Source: Podarcis cretensis
Lineage: Eukaryota
Direction of reading: 5' to 3'
NCBI GenBank assembly: GCA_951804945.1
Contig: OX638154.1
Span: 42,904,001-42,968,000, forward strand
Length of the DNA stretch: 64,000 bases
The notes below the pieces were generated by a model that was not told the DNA's origin, did not search any database, and saw only the letters and a list, made by a program, of their open reading frames with translations. Positions 12,129 through 24,470 of the stretch are shown in pieces (within the stretch, counting starts at the first letter, position 1; each line of letters starts with the position of its first letter). Made by a program: the position numbers and the translations under genes.

Positions 12129-14505
12129 AATGTTAGAATTAGGGGATCCTTTTAATTTGATCAAATTGAAGAAGAAAAATTGACAAATCCGCCAGGGGAG
12201 TAATTAAGCATGCAAAACTATAGGGCCAGGAGATACATTTACTGTACCATTAACAGATTGTAGCCTGTTTAAGGAGTGGTTTGGAACAGTAACCCCAAGC
12301 CACAAGCTTTCGTTGCCTGGCTTGACTCACAGCACAAGCTTCCCTGGGTTGGTGACAGTTTTCTTGCATTTGAGATTTCATTTAGCTGATTTCTTCTTAA
12401 GTCTCGACATCTCCCAGCCTCTTACTGAATACATTAAACCCCATTTCTGCATTTTATGCCCATAGGCGTAGCCATGATTTTTGTTTGGTGGGGGGAAGAA
12501 CCGAGTTACCTGTGGCACAATTGGTCAGTTAAGTATTTTTATTTATTTACTTTTTGGAGAGGGGGCGGCTAGCTGCCCCTCTGCAGCTATGACCATGTCT
12601 ATGCCCATTCATTAGAAACACCCTTGTTAGCAAAGCTACCTTTCAGGCAAGCCAGTTTGAAAGTTCAGCCATGTCACAACTATTTCAATTTCAGAACGAT
12701 GCTGAAACATCTATTGAAGTTTTCCCTAAATGTTATTTTACAGCTGCGAAACTGTTGGAGACAGATCTCTCTCTTTAAATACTTTTGACTTTGAAAGTGC
12801 AGGGAGTGAAGAGAATACATACTGCATTCCATAAATACTGTATATTACGGGGGGGCTCTACCTTCTACGATGACCCATGCCTTCTCAACTGACCAAGCTG
12901 AAGCTTCCTTATTTGTACTGCATCGACAGATTACAGACCATCACACCAGGGGCTTAATCTACGGGTAAATATTCATAGTTTATTAAGCTTCAGGGAAAGC
13001 ATGAAGCTGTTTAAGGCATATATGGAAGAACAGTGTCACAACAGAATCTGTATCTGAGGAAAACAGGTTTGCTGCGTGTTAGCAAGTTAGCTTGAGTGCC
13101 TTTGATGTGTAACTAACAAGATAGGGTGAGCTCCATGCTGCTGCTTATTTAAGTACTGGAAAAAGCCTCTTTTAGGCTAATTGAGGCCCCTGCATGTGTC
13201 AGAGTGGCTTTTACCTTGAAAGCCAAAAAAAATGTAACCCTGACTGATATGCAAATGATAGGAACAATGGAAAGATGAATCAGGGTGGATTCTGAGTGCC
13301 TTTGTACTTTTGCATCAAACATATAGGGAATGGAAATCCCTGAACTTTTCACAGAAGAGACTGGCGGGTTTAATGCCAGGCTAGTTTATTCTTAGTAGGT
13401 ACCATTCTTTTTTGGTTAGCGGTAGGAAAGCATAGACTGGTTGCTCTTCCCTGGTCACCCTTCCTCCCTTTCCTGCTACATGCAGATTCACGGAGTGGCT
13501 ATTAACACCACGTGTGAGCATAGGGAGGAATGACTACTTTCAGCAGGAATGGACAACAACCCCCACCCCAATAATCTATCCAGGAAAACAATAACCCAAT
13601 TATGTTTCCTACCCTGGATTAGCAGAAAGATGCAACTGTTTCCATTAAACTCTTTCTTTGGAGAAAGATGCTAAATAGCATGGGCAGAGGGATGAAAACC
13701 TTGCCTCGGCGGTACCTGCATCAGAACCAATACTTGTATAGCACTAACTGAGATCACAGACAGTTTGGGTCAATGCAACAAGTACCCCCCCCCCATGCGT
13801 ATAGCTTCCACACTGAAGCCCTATATAGTACCGTTTCTTCTTATAGGAAGGAATATCCTACACCTTGCTCAGTGAGGATTATTAAGCCAGAGCCTGGCTG
13901 CAATGATCTCTGACAGAAATAAATTGCCACCAAGGTTCCTGTTTATAAAACAGCCTCGTTTTTAACCAGTAGCCGATTCCGCAATGTGGTTTCATGCTGC
14001 TTTTACCGGGGGATTATACTCTCATCTCCACCCCTCTCACTCCAGATTTCCCCCATGTTTGGGCATTTCTTTTTCTGAGAATAACTTTGAAGCCTTTTAA
14101 AAAACACAACAACCCAAAGAAAAATAAAATAATAATCAGCTGTGTACATTATTAATGAAAGGAGTTGCATTATCTCACAAATTAGACATAGGGGGTATAG
14201 AGGGGTGTTTATTTCAGTTCGAGTTCTGAAGCCTGGGGTGTAGAATCTGTGCATCCTGCTCTTCTACTGGTCTCTTGTGGGTCAGCTCAGATTTCAGCTG
14301 CAGTAAGATTGCTTCGGCAGCCGGTGCATCTATGCCATTTGCTTTGTTTGCGAAAGAGATGATGGCCCTGGTGACCACCTGGTCGGGTTTTTGTTTGCTC
14401 TCTGTGGTCCTACCCTAGTTGCTTTCTGTTGATGGTGACTTTGCCGACCCACACGGGCTATAAGTCTTCTTGCTGCTGCTGCTGCTGTTGTTTCAGTGTA
14501 TTGCG

Positions 14506-14737
14506 TTATGCCAAGGAATAGATAGCATTAACTGGTGATGTGGCTTCTGAACTCTCATTGCCTTCTGTCTCCTCTTTGTCCTTCTTGACTGTGTACTGGC
14601 CAATAAAGGAGCCGTCCTCATTGAACTGCCCTTCGCCTCCTTCGCCATAGTCCACCAAGCTGTCATCACTTTCTTGTTGCTTTATCGTGCCATCTAAAGA
14701 GGTCTGACTGCCCTGCAGCGGCTTGTTGTCTTCATCA
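14506..14737 (-). CDS. NFASC: NFASC last coding exon (FIGQY ankyrin-binding motif, PDZ-binding YSLA, TAA stop)
   Basis: tgctag|T GAT GAA...; [76 protein letters not shown]. Confidence 0.98.
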
Positions 14738-17700
14738 CTAGCATCAAAAGGAAAAGAAGCGCCATCAGTAGTGGGAAGGAATGGCTTTAAAGGGACAGGA
14801 TCACTGTAAACATATGAAACTGGTTTCGTCCAGGCGGTTGTACTTCAGAAGGCAAGCACAGTGCAGGAGGATCTGGGAAACACGGCTCCAAGCAGCTTTT
14901 GGCAAATTACCAATGAAATCTTTCCCAGTGCAAAGCTGTTCAGGTGCAAAGAATAGTATTTTCCCAATAACCTAAATAAATCAGGAGGGAGTCTCTTCTT
15001 CAAAGGACTGTGATGGTGGAAGCCTGACCACAACTACAAAGTGAATAAACCATGTAGGAACTCTGAGCTTTCCAGTTGTATTAAGCCACAGTCCCATCAA
15101 ATTCTAGTTTCTTGTATTAAAAAATAAAGTTTTCTGGTACACTAAAAGGTTAACAAATTTGTTATGGCATAAGCTTTCAAGGACAGTAGTCCACTTAAAT
15201 CAGTTGCATGAAGTGTTATCCTGAGCTGCAGGCATGCGCTGTATATAACACACACGTGGTGGGGGGAGGGGGACTGTGAACAGTAAGAGAAGGAAACAAA
15301 ATGCAGAAAAGTACAGGTGGTGATAATTATGTATTTAACAGTAATTATCACAAAATAGGATTGAGTTGGTAACACACCCATCCTGTCACCGATAAGCTAA
15401 ATAACACATGTGTGATGAAAAATCCATTGTACCCATTTAATCCACAAATTATAGCACTGAACTCCTGATTTATTGTGATTCAGTGGTTTTTATGGTTAGT
15501 TATAGAATGCTCTAGGGTCCCAATCACAATGGACTTTTAAGAATTACACTACATATTAATTGGCTTACCAATGACAGCATGGCAGGATATCAACTCAACT
15601 GGTTTTTGTGAGGCTGCTGTTAAGTAAATAATATTTACGTCTGGGTTTTTTCTGCATTTCATTTCTTCTGATCTCACTGTTTATATCCCCACCCCACTCC
15701 ATGTGTATCTTAGATTAAGACTTTGTGCATCTGATGAAGTGGGCTGTATTCCATGAAACTTACGCTGTAATAAATATGTTAATGTTTAAGGTATCACAAA
15801 TCTCTTCAAAGAGACTCTAGGTTGGCAAGAGTTGTGTTGAGGACCAGCCATTTAGAAGGCAGCTGAGTGGCTCTAATTCAATCCAAATTGGATGTAATAT
15901 ATTTAAGTGCCATTTTGGCTATTTTTAATTTACTCTTAACTATGCAGCTTTTGAAAATGATGCAGAGACACTTTTAAAAATGGCACTTCTACACTTAGCG
16001 GGGGAGTTCCATGCTCTTTTCGTAAGGGGAATTTCTGACCTGCAAATATGCATATTTTATTACGTTACAGAAAGCCCCACAAATAGTACTAGTTTCTGCT
16101 TTTGCAGTCTTGTTGTCAGCCCCAAGATGTTGGGGACTCAAGAACAACCTTCTGCAGAATTCATGAGGCTGGCTTAACAATACTGGAGCTTTAAAAAAAA
16201 AAGGCTCAGGTAACATCATAGAGAAAACGGTCCTATCATTGGTTGCTAGCCATAATGAACCTTCTATGTTTAGAGGCAGAACCTCTCTACCCGATGCAGA
16301 AAAAGAATCAGGGGACATTTATCTCCATTATGGCCTACTTGCATGCTTGCCAAGGAGGTGTGTGGCTAGTCAGTGTTAAACAAAATATTGTGCTGGAGTC
16401 GTTGGGACATTCTAAAAGGGATGTTTGTATGCCCACATGTGCAGGAATTCATGTATTGGGCTCTGCCAAGAACAAAAGATTTAACTGCCAGGAACAGGAG
16501 ACTCTGCAGATCAATGGGGGACTGTTTTAGGGATCTGACATCTTCATCTTCTGCCAACCTGAGTCCATCTGTACCTCCCTCTGCCCCTTCCCCTTGAAGG
16601 GAAGAGTCTGGACTCTGGATCATGTCATCAAGTGCCATAGAAGAGACAACTATGTATATCCCCATATATACCTATTGTAACTGTACCATCATGTGCATTT
16701 CAACTGTAAATTGTTTTGGGAGCCAATCCTGACTTAAAAGAAGGGCGTATAATAAATAAATAAATACCCAATTCATTGTCATATCTATGAGGCTCAACTT
16801 TTTATCCTAACACAGATCATTTAAGGTTTTGTGTTGCAGTTTTGTTTTGCCATAAGAATCATCTGGTTTTGCCATAAGAATTATCTGGTTAGATAAAACA
16901 TGTAGCCCACCATTCTGCCAGACAGTGGCCACTACAAGCATAAATAACAGAACAAGTGGTGTCATCATTCCTCCTGATCTTGCAAAACTGTCTAACAGAA
17001 GGTAGCCTGTGATAGCTCTCTAGGGCAGGCATAGGCAAACTCGGCCCTCCAGATGTTTTGGGACTACAACTCCCATCAATATAAGGCAATATAAGGAGGC
17101 AAAAAACAAGAATGAGAGACCCAGGGCTTTTCATCTAAAATCTTCATTTTTCAAACCAAAAGAGTATGCAGATAAAATATATCCTGCATCATAATGTCCC
17201 CTTTGAGTTGTCCTCCCCCACCCCCACCCCCTTCCCAATATACCAGGCCAATGAAGTTTCTAAGATATTCCCGGCTGGTTTTGACCTTCTAAAGGCTACA
17301 GTCCAGAGAAATATACAGCTAATTCTGTGGACCCAGTGGGGCTTTTGAGTTCCTTCCTCTCTCCCCTCTCTTTAAAGAGCACTCCCTCACACAACAAGCC
17401 AAGTGGCTTCGCAGAGGGCTGCTGCTGAAAGGCAAAATGTCAAAAAATTCTCTTGCGCCTTATTTAACCTAGCTCTCTGGATTGTAGGCCAAAGAAGACT
17501 GTTAACTTGGTTGCCTTGTTAGTGCGTTAGGTATATACAACTTTTAACACACAAACAACAGTTTACTTATTTGGTTAAATGGAAATATTGCAGCTTATTT
17601 AAAGTATTAAGGGAAGCCTGACTCAGGCTGGTTCAGGAGCATCATGGTCAAGAGTTGCATATGTCAGAATGAATATTTTCTGTGTACAAGATTTCTAGGG

Positions 17701-20700
17701 AATCTTCACTCTGAACTGATGCAAGGCCTCTGGTAGCTGCTGACTTTTTCTTCACCATGTTTCCATTGTTTTACTGCCCAGCATGTGAAATCAGGCATTA
17801 TCTTGCTTTTCAAACCTCAGAGGCACATAATACAAGTAGCTTACCTGAGCATATGGGGGCTACTCAAATCTGCAGCCCAGAAGGCCCCTTTTCTTGTGAC
17901 TAATCTCCCTTTGAGTGCTGAACTAACCAATGGCTGTCATTGCCACAGCTGAATTAGTCACAGAAAAAGGAATGAAGCTGAGGTCACGCTAATTCAATTG
18001 GTTGTGTGTCGGCTCCAAATACGCAGGCAGAATGCAACTCATTGGACACACGGTGCCCGAAATTTCAAGGGAAGGAATAGTAAGTGAATCTTTAATGGTG
18101 TTAGATGAAGGTTGGTGGTGGAGAGGCAGGGAAAGGTGGTAGAGAATAAGGTGTGTTTCAGTGATGGAACTGCTGAAAGAAAAAGCTGTGTGCCAGACTT
18201 TGGGGCAGTCCACAGTCCTACCTTTCAAGAGACCTTCATGGTCCATGTAGAAAGACAAGGTGAAAAGGAGAAGAAAGAATGGGAATAAAACAGAGAGAGA
18301 AGCAGAAAGAGCCTGATCAGAGAGCAAAATGATGAAGTATGCATTTCAGGGGGAAGTGCTGGGGAGAAAAATCCACCTATCCCCCCACCCCCCAAAGGAG
18401 CTAGTAACTTTATTGTTGTGCATACAAAATAAATTAAAAATAAATAAATAAACCTGTTGTGTATCCACAGCAAAATATGTATCTAATGGATTCCAAAAGC
18501 AAGTAATTTGCAAATAAATGAGATGTGCCCTCAAATCTGAGGCAGGGAGGGAGGGAGCACTAGTAGGGCAGAAGATACAACCCCACATGGCTTCATTAAA
18601 TGTCGTCCTGAAAGGCAGCTGAGCAGCCACTAGCCTGTGGTCTGTCATGCTGTTCCAATGACGTAATGTGCTACAAGCCCCTCTCAGAAAAGGCTGCCTT
18701 CAGGAAAGAAAGGAACATGGTATTCGCTTGACCTTGGTGGAAATCAGGCAGTTCTGCATATGAAGGGAGGGGGTGCTTCTAAGTTACATTTCCACTGTGC
18801 GGAGATTGTACCGGATGAGCAGATGGCAAGTGTCTTTTGGGAGGCAGGTATATATTGTGGTTTCAAAATGAGTGGACTGGAGGGGAAGGCACTCTTATTC
18901 CATATATTACAAAGGACACACAAGAGATTTGCTTATGCGTAGAGGTGGGGGTGGGGAATGAGTGAAACAGGAAAGAAACGCATTATGAAATGCATCTGCT
19001 CCTTTCTTGGTGGCTGTGTTCAATGACCTCTGGGGCCCTGGAAGAATACGGAATTGATTAAGGCTCTATCAAGATAGGAATTCTGACTGTCATGTAGTAG
19101 ACACTGCCGATGTCAGAAAACTGGCCTAATATAGACCCACTTCCAAGTATCATGAAATTGCTATCTGGGTTCACATGAACCCACTTGCCAGCAGTCTGGG
19201 CTGTATGCAAGTGCTCCTAGTTTTTAACAGGCATTTGCCAATTCCTTGTACTCGCTATTGCTATATTTTACACAGGGACCTTTAGTTGGGGGTGCGTTGA
19301 AATCACCACTGCAACTGCAAATGCTTGACTGAGTAGAAAGCCCAGTAACATTACCTGAAAATATATGGGGAGCAGGAAGGAGCAGCTTGGATGGGACCAG
19401 CAGGTCTGAAGTTTTAAAATTCTAGTTCTGATTTGCTTCTCTCTCTCTCTCAACCAAATCAATTGGCTTAGTAAGGCATGGTTACTGGAACAGAATGCTA
19501 TTTAAGGACATGGGCTTCCAAACATCTTAGCTTACAAGGAGACCATTATTCTGGCAGCAAAGTAGAAAGAAGTGACAGTATCTCTTTAATTACAGGCTGC
19601 AGTGATTGGAATGCAGTGTGCACGGGCACTAAGGATGTGAAGGGCATGATGAAAGCATATTAGACATGCTTCTATGAAGGTAGGAAGAGAACCAATAAAG
19701 AAAGCATGTCAGCACATATCCTGTCCACCTTTCAAGCACTAATAGTAACTTTTCCCCCGGACTGCTCGATTCCTTGTGAATTTTAAGCAGCTAACCACTT
19801 TGCTTCTGACTCCTTATGGGATGTGTCACTTTTCTAATACACTGCATTAACACTCTGGTTAATTGTAAGAAGAAGAAGAAGAAAAATCTATGATTTTTAT
19901 CTAGGGGGGAAGGGGACGACAGTTGTTAAAGCATTGTGCCTTCAAAGTGTCCAGCTTGCACATCATGAGTAATCACAGTTAATGGCTTACTGTGAATGCA
20001 AATATCACTCCTCTCCTCTAGACGAGGGATGGGGAATTGGATCCAGACTGCAGGCCGGCTCTTTATCTTCCCCACTCTCCATGGGCAAGGTTTAACAGGT
20101 AGATGAGGTCATGCAGTGCGTGCTGCATAGAAGCCTCTACCGTCAGCTGATGGAACTTCAAAGTACCATGCATGACTCTCTGTAAGCACTAACGACCAGC
20201 TGATTGTAAGGGCTTCAAAGTGTCACACACAGCGTCACAAATGTTGGGGCTTATTATGAGCCTCACTAGGCACTATGTACAGGGTTTTTCAGGTCCTGCT
20301 GACTAGGAGTGTCGACAAAGCTGTTTTTGGCCCAGCAATGTCTTTACCTGCTCCACACCTGGTGCCATTTATGACTTCTGGTGAAGGGCAGCGAGGTATG
20401 GCTTGGTCAAAACAACCTTGCAGGTAAAATGAGGTTTCCCACTGCTGCTCTTGACAGTGGGAGCAACAAGCGACGATCTCTGTCTCAGCATTATGCCTGA
20501 CTGGGAACTGTAGTTTGCTATGCTGAAACAAAACATGGTTGGTAAGACAAATCTTGGCTCAACACCCTGGTTTGTTTGGAAACAAACCACAATCCCTACT
20601 TCAGACATAACCTTAATACCTGGGTATTAAGGTTTGTTACGCCTGCTGGCTACAAGGGACGAGTGAAACGGAAGCCTTCTGTGCATTTGATGGTTTAATG

Positions 20701-23700
20701 GATTACTGTGATGTGCAAATTCTGCCAATGTGTGTGCATGAGGAGCTTAATATCAAAGCTATGGCATGTAACACAGTGACTGCTTCTGCAAAATGAGCAT
20801 TCAGTTATAAAATCTAAGTTTTTGATGGGTTACTTCATTCATTCATACTGTGCTGTTTTCTCCTGTCGCCATATTATTATAGTATTTGTCTCTTTATTTT
20901 CAATTTGTGCGTTAAGAAATTTTCTTTCAGATTTATGCAGAATTCTAGACTAAACTTTTATTCTCACAATGGTTTTCTTGGACAAGAATTGGTGATTCTC
21001 AAATTCTCCTGATATGCTTCATCAACACACTTTCATTTATTCAATAAAGTAAGTAATGCCTGATAGGATAGTCAATTAACTAGTGTTAATCATAGTTTTT
21101 CTTCTAGGTTCATTAGCTTGGAGAGTTCATAATCATCAATATGGTTTGGAATAATAAACTCACTAAGAGAACTTTAGAATAGAGGGCATGGGTTGGAAAC
21201 CAACCCACTACTTACATGAACAAGACAGTGCTTAAAGTTTCATGGGGTGACAAATTGGAGTGTATCCTCTAAATGTCTAGTTATGTTTGCAAATGATCAG
21301 CCTTCAAATAATCCCTCCATTTTAGATTTGCTTATATGGTTTTATTCTGCAAGATGTATGCATGGTACTTCTTTCAAAGTTCTGCAGGGAACCATTCAAG
21401 CAGCTTGTTATTCATGACACCAGTTCTTGCTCTTCATCATTTCAAATCAAGCCCTTTTGTATTTCTTTCAAATAATTCTGGAAACTCTGGAGGATTTCGT
21501 GGGAGCTCAGTTCAAAATTAACTATATCTGAGCAGAGGGTCTTACCATTAGGGAGGGTGAACCAGCCACCTCAGGCAGTAAATTTGGGGTGTCATGAAAG
21601 GGCAACAAAGTGTTCATTATTTAGTTTGTTATTATTGTATCTTTACTGCCAGGAAGCAGGGAGAATTGCTTGTGGGGTTTTCAGGTGCCAAAATAACTTG
21701 GCTGGCCTCACGAACTATACACCTTGACTTGATGGTGGTACACCATTTGCTGTTCTGCCTCAGGCAGCAAAAGGTGTTGGGCTGGCTGAATCTGAGTAAA
21801 TCATCCTGTTTGCTTAAAAGCACTAAGCAAGCAGAGATGTACAAAGAGCACGTTTGCTCTAAGTCACATAGATTAACAAAATTCTAGCAGTGTTACCTGT
21901 TTCAGTGCCTTGGAAGCAAGGGGGAAACAAATGTAAAACTTGAACGCAGGACCCATCTGTGAACAGCCAAAGAAAACACCTTGCTTTGGGAAGCTGAGAT
22001 AAAAAGTGGCTGATGTCCTTAAAAGGTTGCCTTTGAGTTTCATAGAGGGGTGACTGTAGTGGCACATGGCCCCCACTACAACAGTCAAGAGAGGTGGGTT
22101 TGATAGGTTATACAGAGACGATCAACAAAATGAGATTGTCTGAGATCCTATAGAAAAGGATGGAATATGGAGCCCATCACAGGCTTTTGGATAAAATGTG
22201 TTTATTTTTCTCTAGATACAATCTGAGCAAGGTTGGGTTAACCTGTTTCTGGGCAGTGAATGCACTGAGAGTGAGGAGGGTAAGTTGCTGAAAAACCCTG
22301 AAGATGCTTCTCTGAATAATCTGGTGTGTGTGAGAGACCAAACAAATTGCTTCCATCTCTCCCATAGCATCTAGCTTTCTATCTGCTGTGGTGATGCTAA
22401 TGAGCATTCTATTTTCTTTTTGATCCATCATGTAGTGCAAATTTCCTGGGACTGTACCATTTCAGACTACACACGAAGCACTGCACATCTGAATGCCCAT
22501 GTCCCCGCTATCTGCACATACAATACTAGCACAAACATAAGCTAGGACCTCTGTTCCTCATGTGCTAAGTTTCCAGAGAAATTTTTGATGTGAGTAAAAA
22601 ACCATCTCTTATCTGCAGCCTGAAATGGTACAGATATAGGAATAGTATACCATGCAAGTTATCTGCATGTGGAGATCAACACCTTTTTCTTTTGCAGAGA
22701 TCTTTGAGACATAATGGGAGAACAAAGGGTGGTAGAAAATGCACATTTATGGGAATGTGATATCTTGATGACTATTGAACTGACAAAGTTGCTCTTTGTA
22801 ATAGGTGGGGTAGAGGGCAGAAAACAAATGCCTGTCACGCATGCCAAGCAGGAAACATACCTGTAATCAAACGACCCATTATCTACCTTCTGGTCATCAG
22901 GGTCCAGGGGTACATCTTTATTTTCTCGCACTGTGAATAAATATTCAAATAAGCACACATTTTACTTTCATGTATTCAAGGCTGTGGTCCTAAACACACT
23001 TACGGGACTTGCTTCTGACTTGAGTGGGGATGGGTGAGCAATCCACCAAACTCCGATTCCAAAGCAGACTCTCACATTTTGATCTGGGCAAATCATGATT
23101 TCAGAATGAGGGCTGTGGGCCTGCTTCTGCTATTTTGAAAGTGTTTCCTGATCTTTAAACTTGTAAAAATGGTTAATCCAGCCACCTTTGGCCCGAGCAG
23201 CTAGTGCTTTGAATGCAATAAAATGCAAGTCCCTCCGGGAGCGATGGGATTTGATGAAGCTCCATCATTCTCATGAAGAAATGTATGGGAAAAAACACTG
23301 CTGCCCCCAGAATTCACATGGACCCTTCACCTCTCTCAAACATTTTTTTTAATACCTTGCTGTTTGTGCATGGATATTTCATGTTTTTCTTTTAAAAAAT
23401 ATACATTGAAATGGGATGGGGGGACTTAAGTCTCATCCCCATGTAGAATTGGTTCAGATGTTTATGTGTCCATCCATTCCTAGGTCTGAGAAAACCTGTT
23501 TAGGATTGTGCTGCTAGCCTCCCAGCCTCTGCCGTCTTGTAGGTGGTCAGGAATTTAGACTGAAAATGGATGAGAAGCATCTGAAGAAATAACTGACATT
23601 GAGGTGGTTTTGCTGTTGGCAAATGTATGTGCAAAGTCATTTTTGATCACTTCCATGCTTTTAATCTCCAAAATATAATACACATAAATCCCAGGCTGAG

Positions 23701-24435
23701 CAAGATTCTGATTCAAGTTCTCTTTCAAATCTTGTCTCCTGCCATTGAAGTAATCATTATTATTTCCTGCATCACAAATGCCTGGCTCAAAACTGTCACG
23801 CTAGTTGCATGCTGAACAGAGCGCAACAAATAAATTGATGTTACTATATTGTGAATAGTAAGGGTAGCATTTCCTGTGCATATGGCGTTTAGAATTGTTG
23901 GGAAATTGTCCCATGAGCTTAAAGCAAGACAAAATACAAGCTGATGTGCCTTATTTTTAGAACTGCTGCTCTAGTATTATTTGGATGCAGTCCTGAAAAA
24001 GCCGACATTTGCCGACTACTATCATGCAGTGTGATATCCGGTAAATAATAAAACAGAAGAAAATAGTAGTAAAAGATTATGGCTTGGAAGTGTTTCCTAA
24101 ACCACAGCTATTGTAACGTACAAAGAATATTTCTTGGACTCTTAATATGACCATACTCATCTTAACTGCATACCCTTGGGGCTAACTGAATACTCTTAAC
24201 TGTGTTTTATAGAGATATTTAGCACTCTGCTATCTTACTTTGAAACAAGGATCTCTAGTCTAGACCAGTGTTTCCCAACCTTGGGCCTCCAGCTGTTTTT
24301 GGACTACAACTCCCATCATCCCTAGCTAGCAAGACCAGTGGTCAGGGATGATGAGAATTGTAGTTCAAAAACAGCTGGAGGCCCAAGGTTGGGAAACACT
24401 GCTCTAGACAGACCAAGCCAGGTATACTATTTTGC

Positions 24436-24470
<35 letters not shown>

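Larger units (their letters stand above)
7450..14505 (-). other. NFASC: Probable long NFASC 3'UTR with several candidate polyadenylation signals
   Basis: AATAAA on the minus strand at 14208-14213, 12979-12984, 8114-8119, 7692-7697 and 7472-7477. The segment 7450-8120 is AU-rich and repeat-free, as UTR ends usually are. The true end is inferred, not observed. Confidence 0.5.

Noticed and set aside
349-14254. Numerous 60-150 aa ORFs, including the 151-aa ORF at 9961, as separate genes or CNTN2 exons
   Set aside because: No recognisable domains or consistent splice structure; many overlap repeats; no Ig/FNIII contactin peptides seen.
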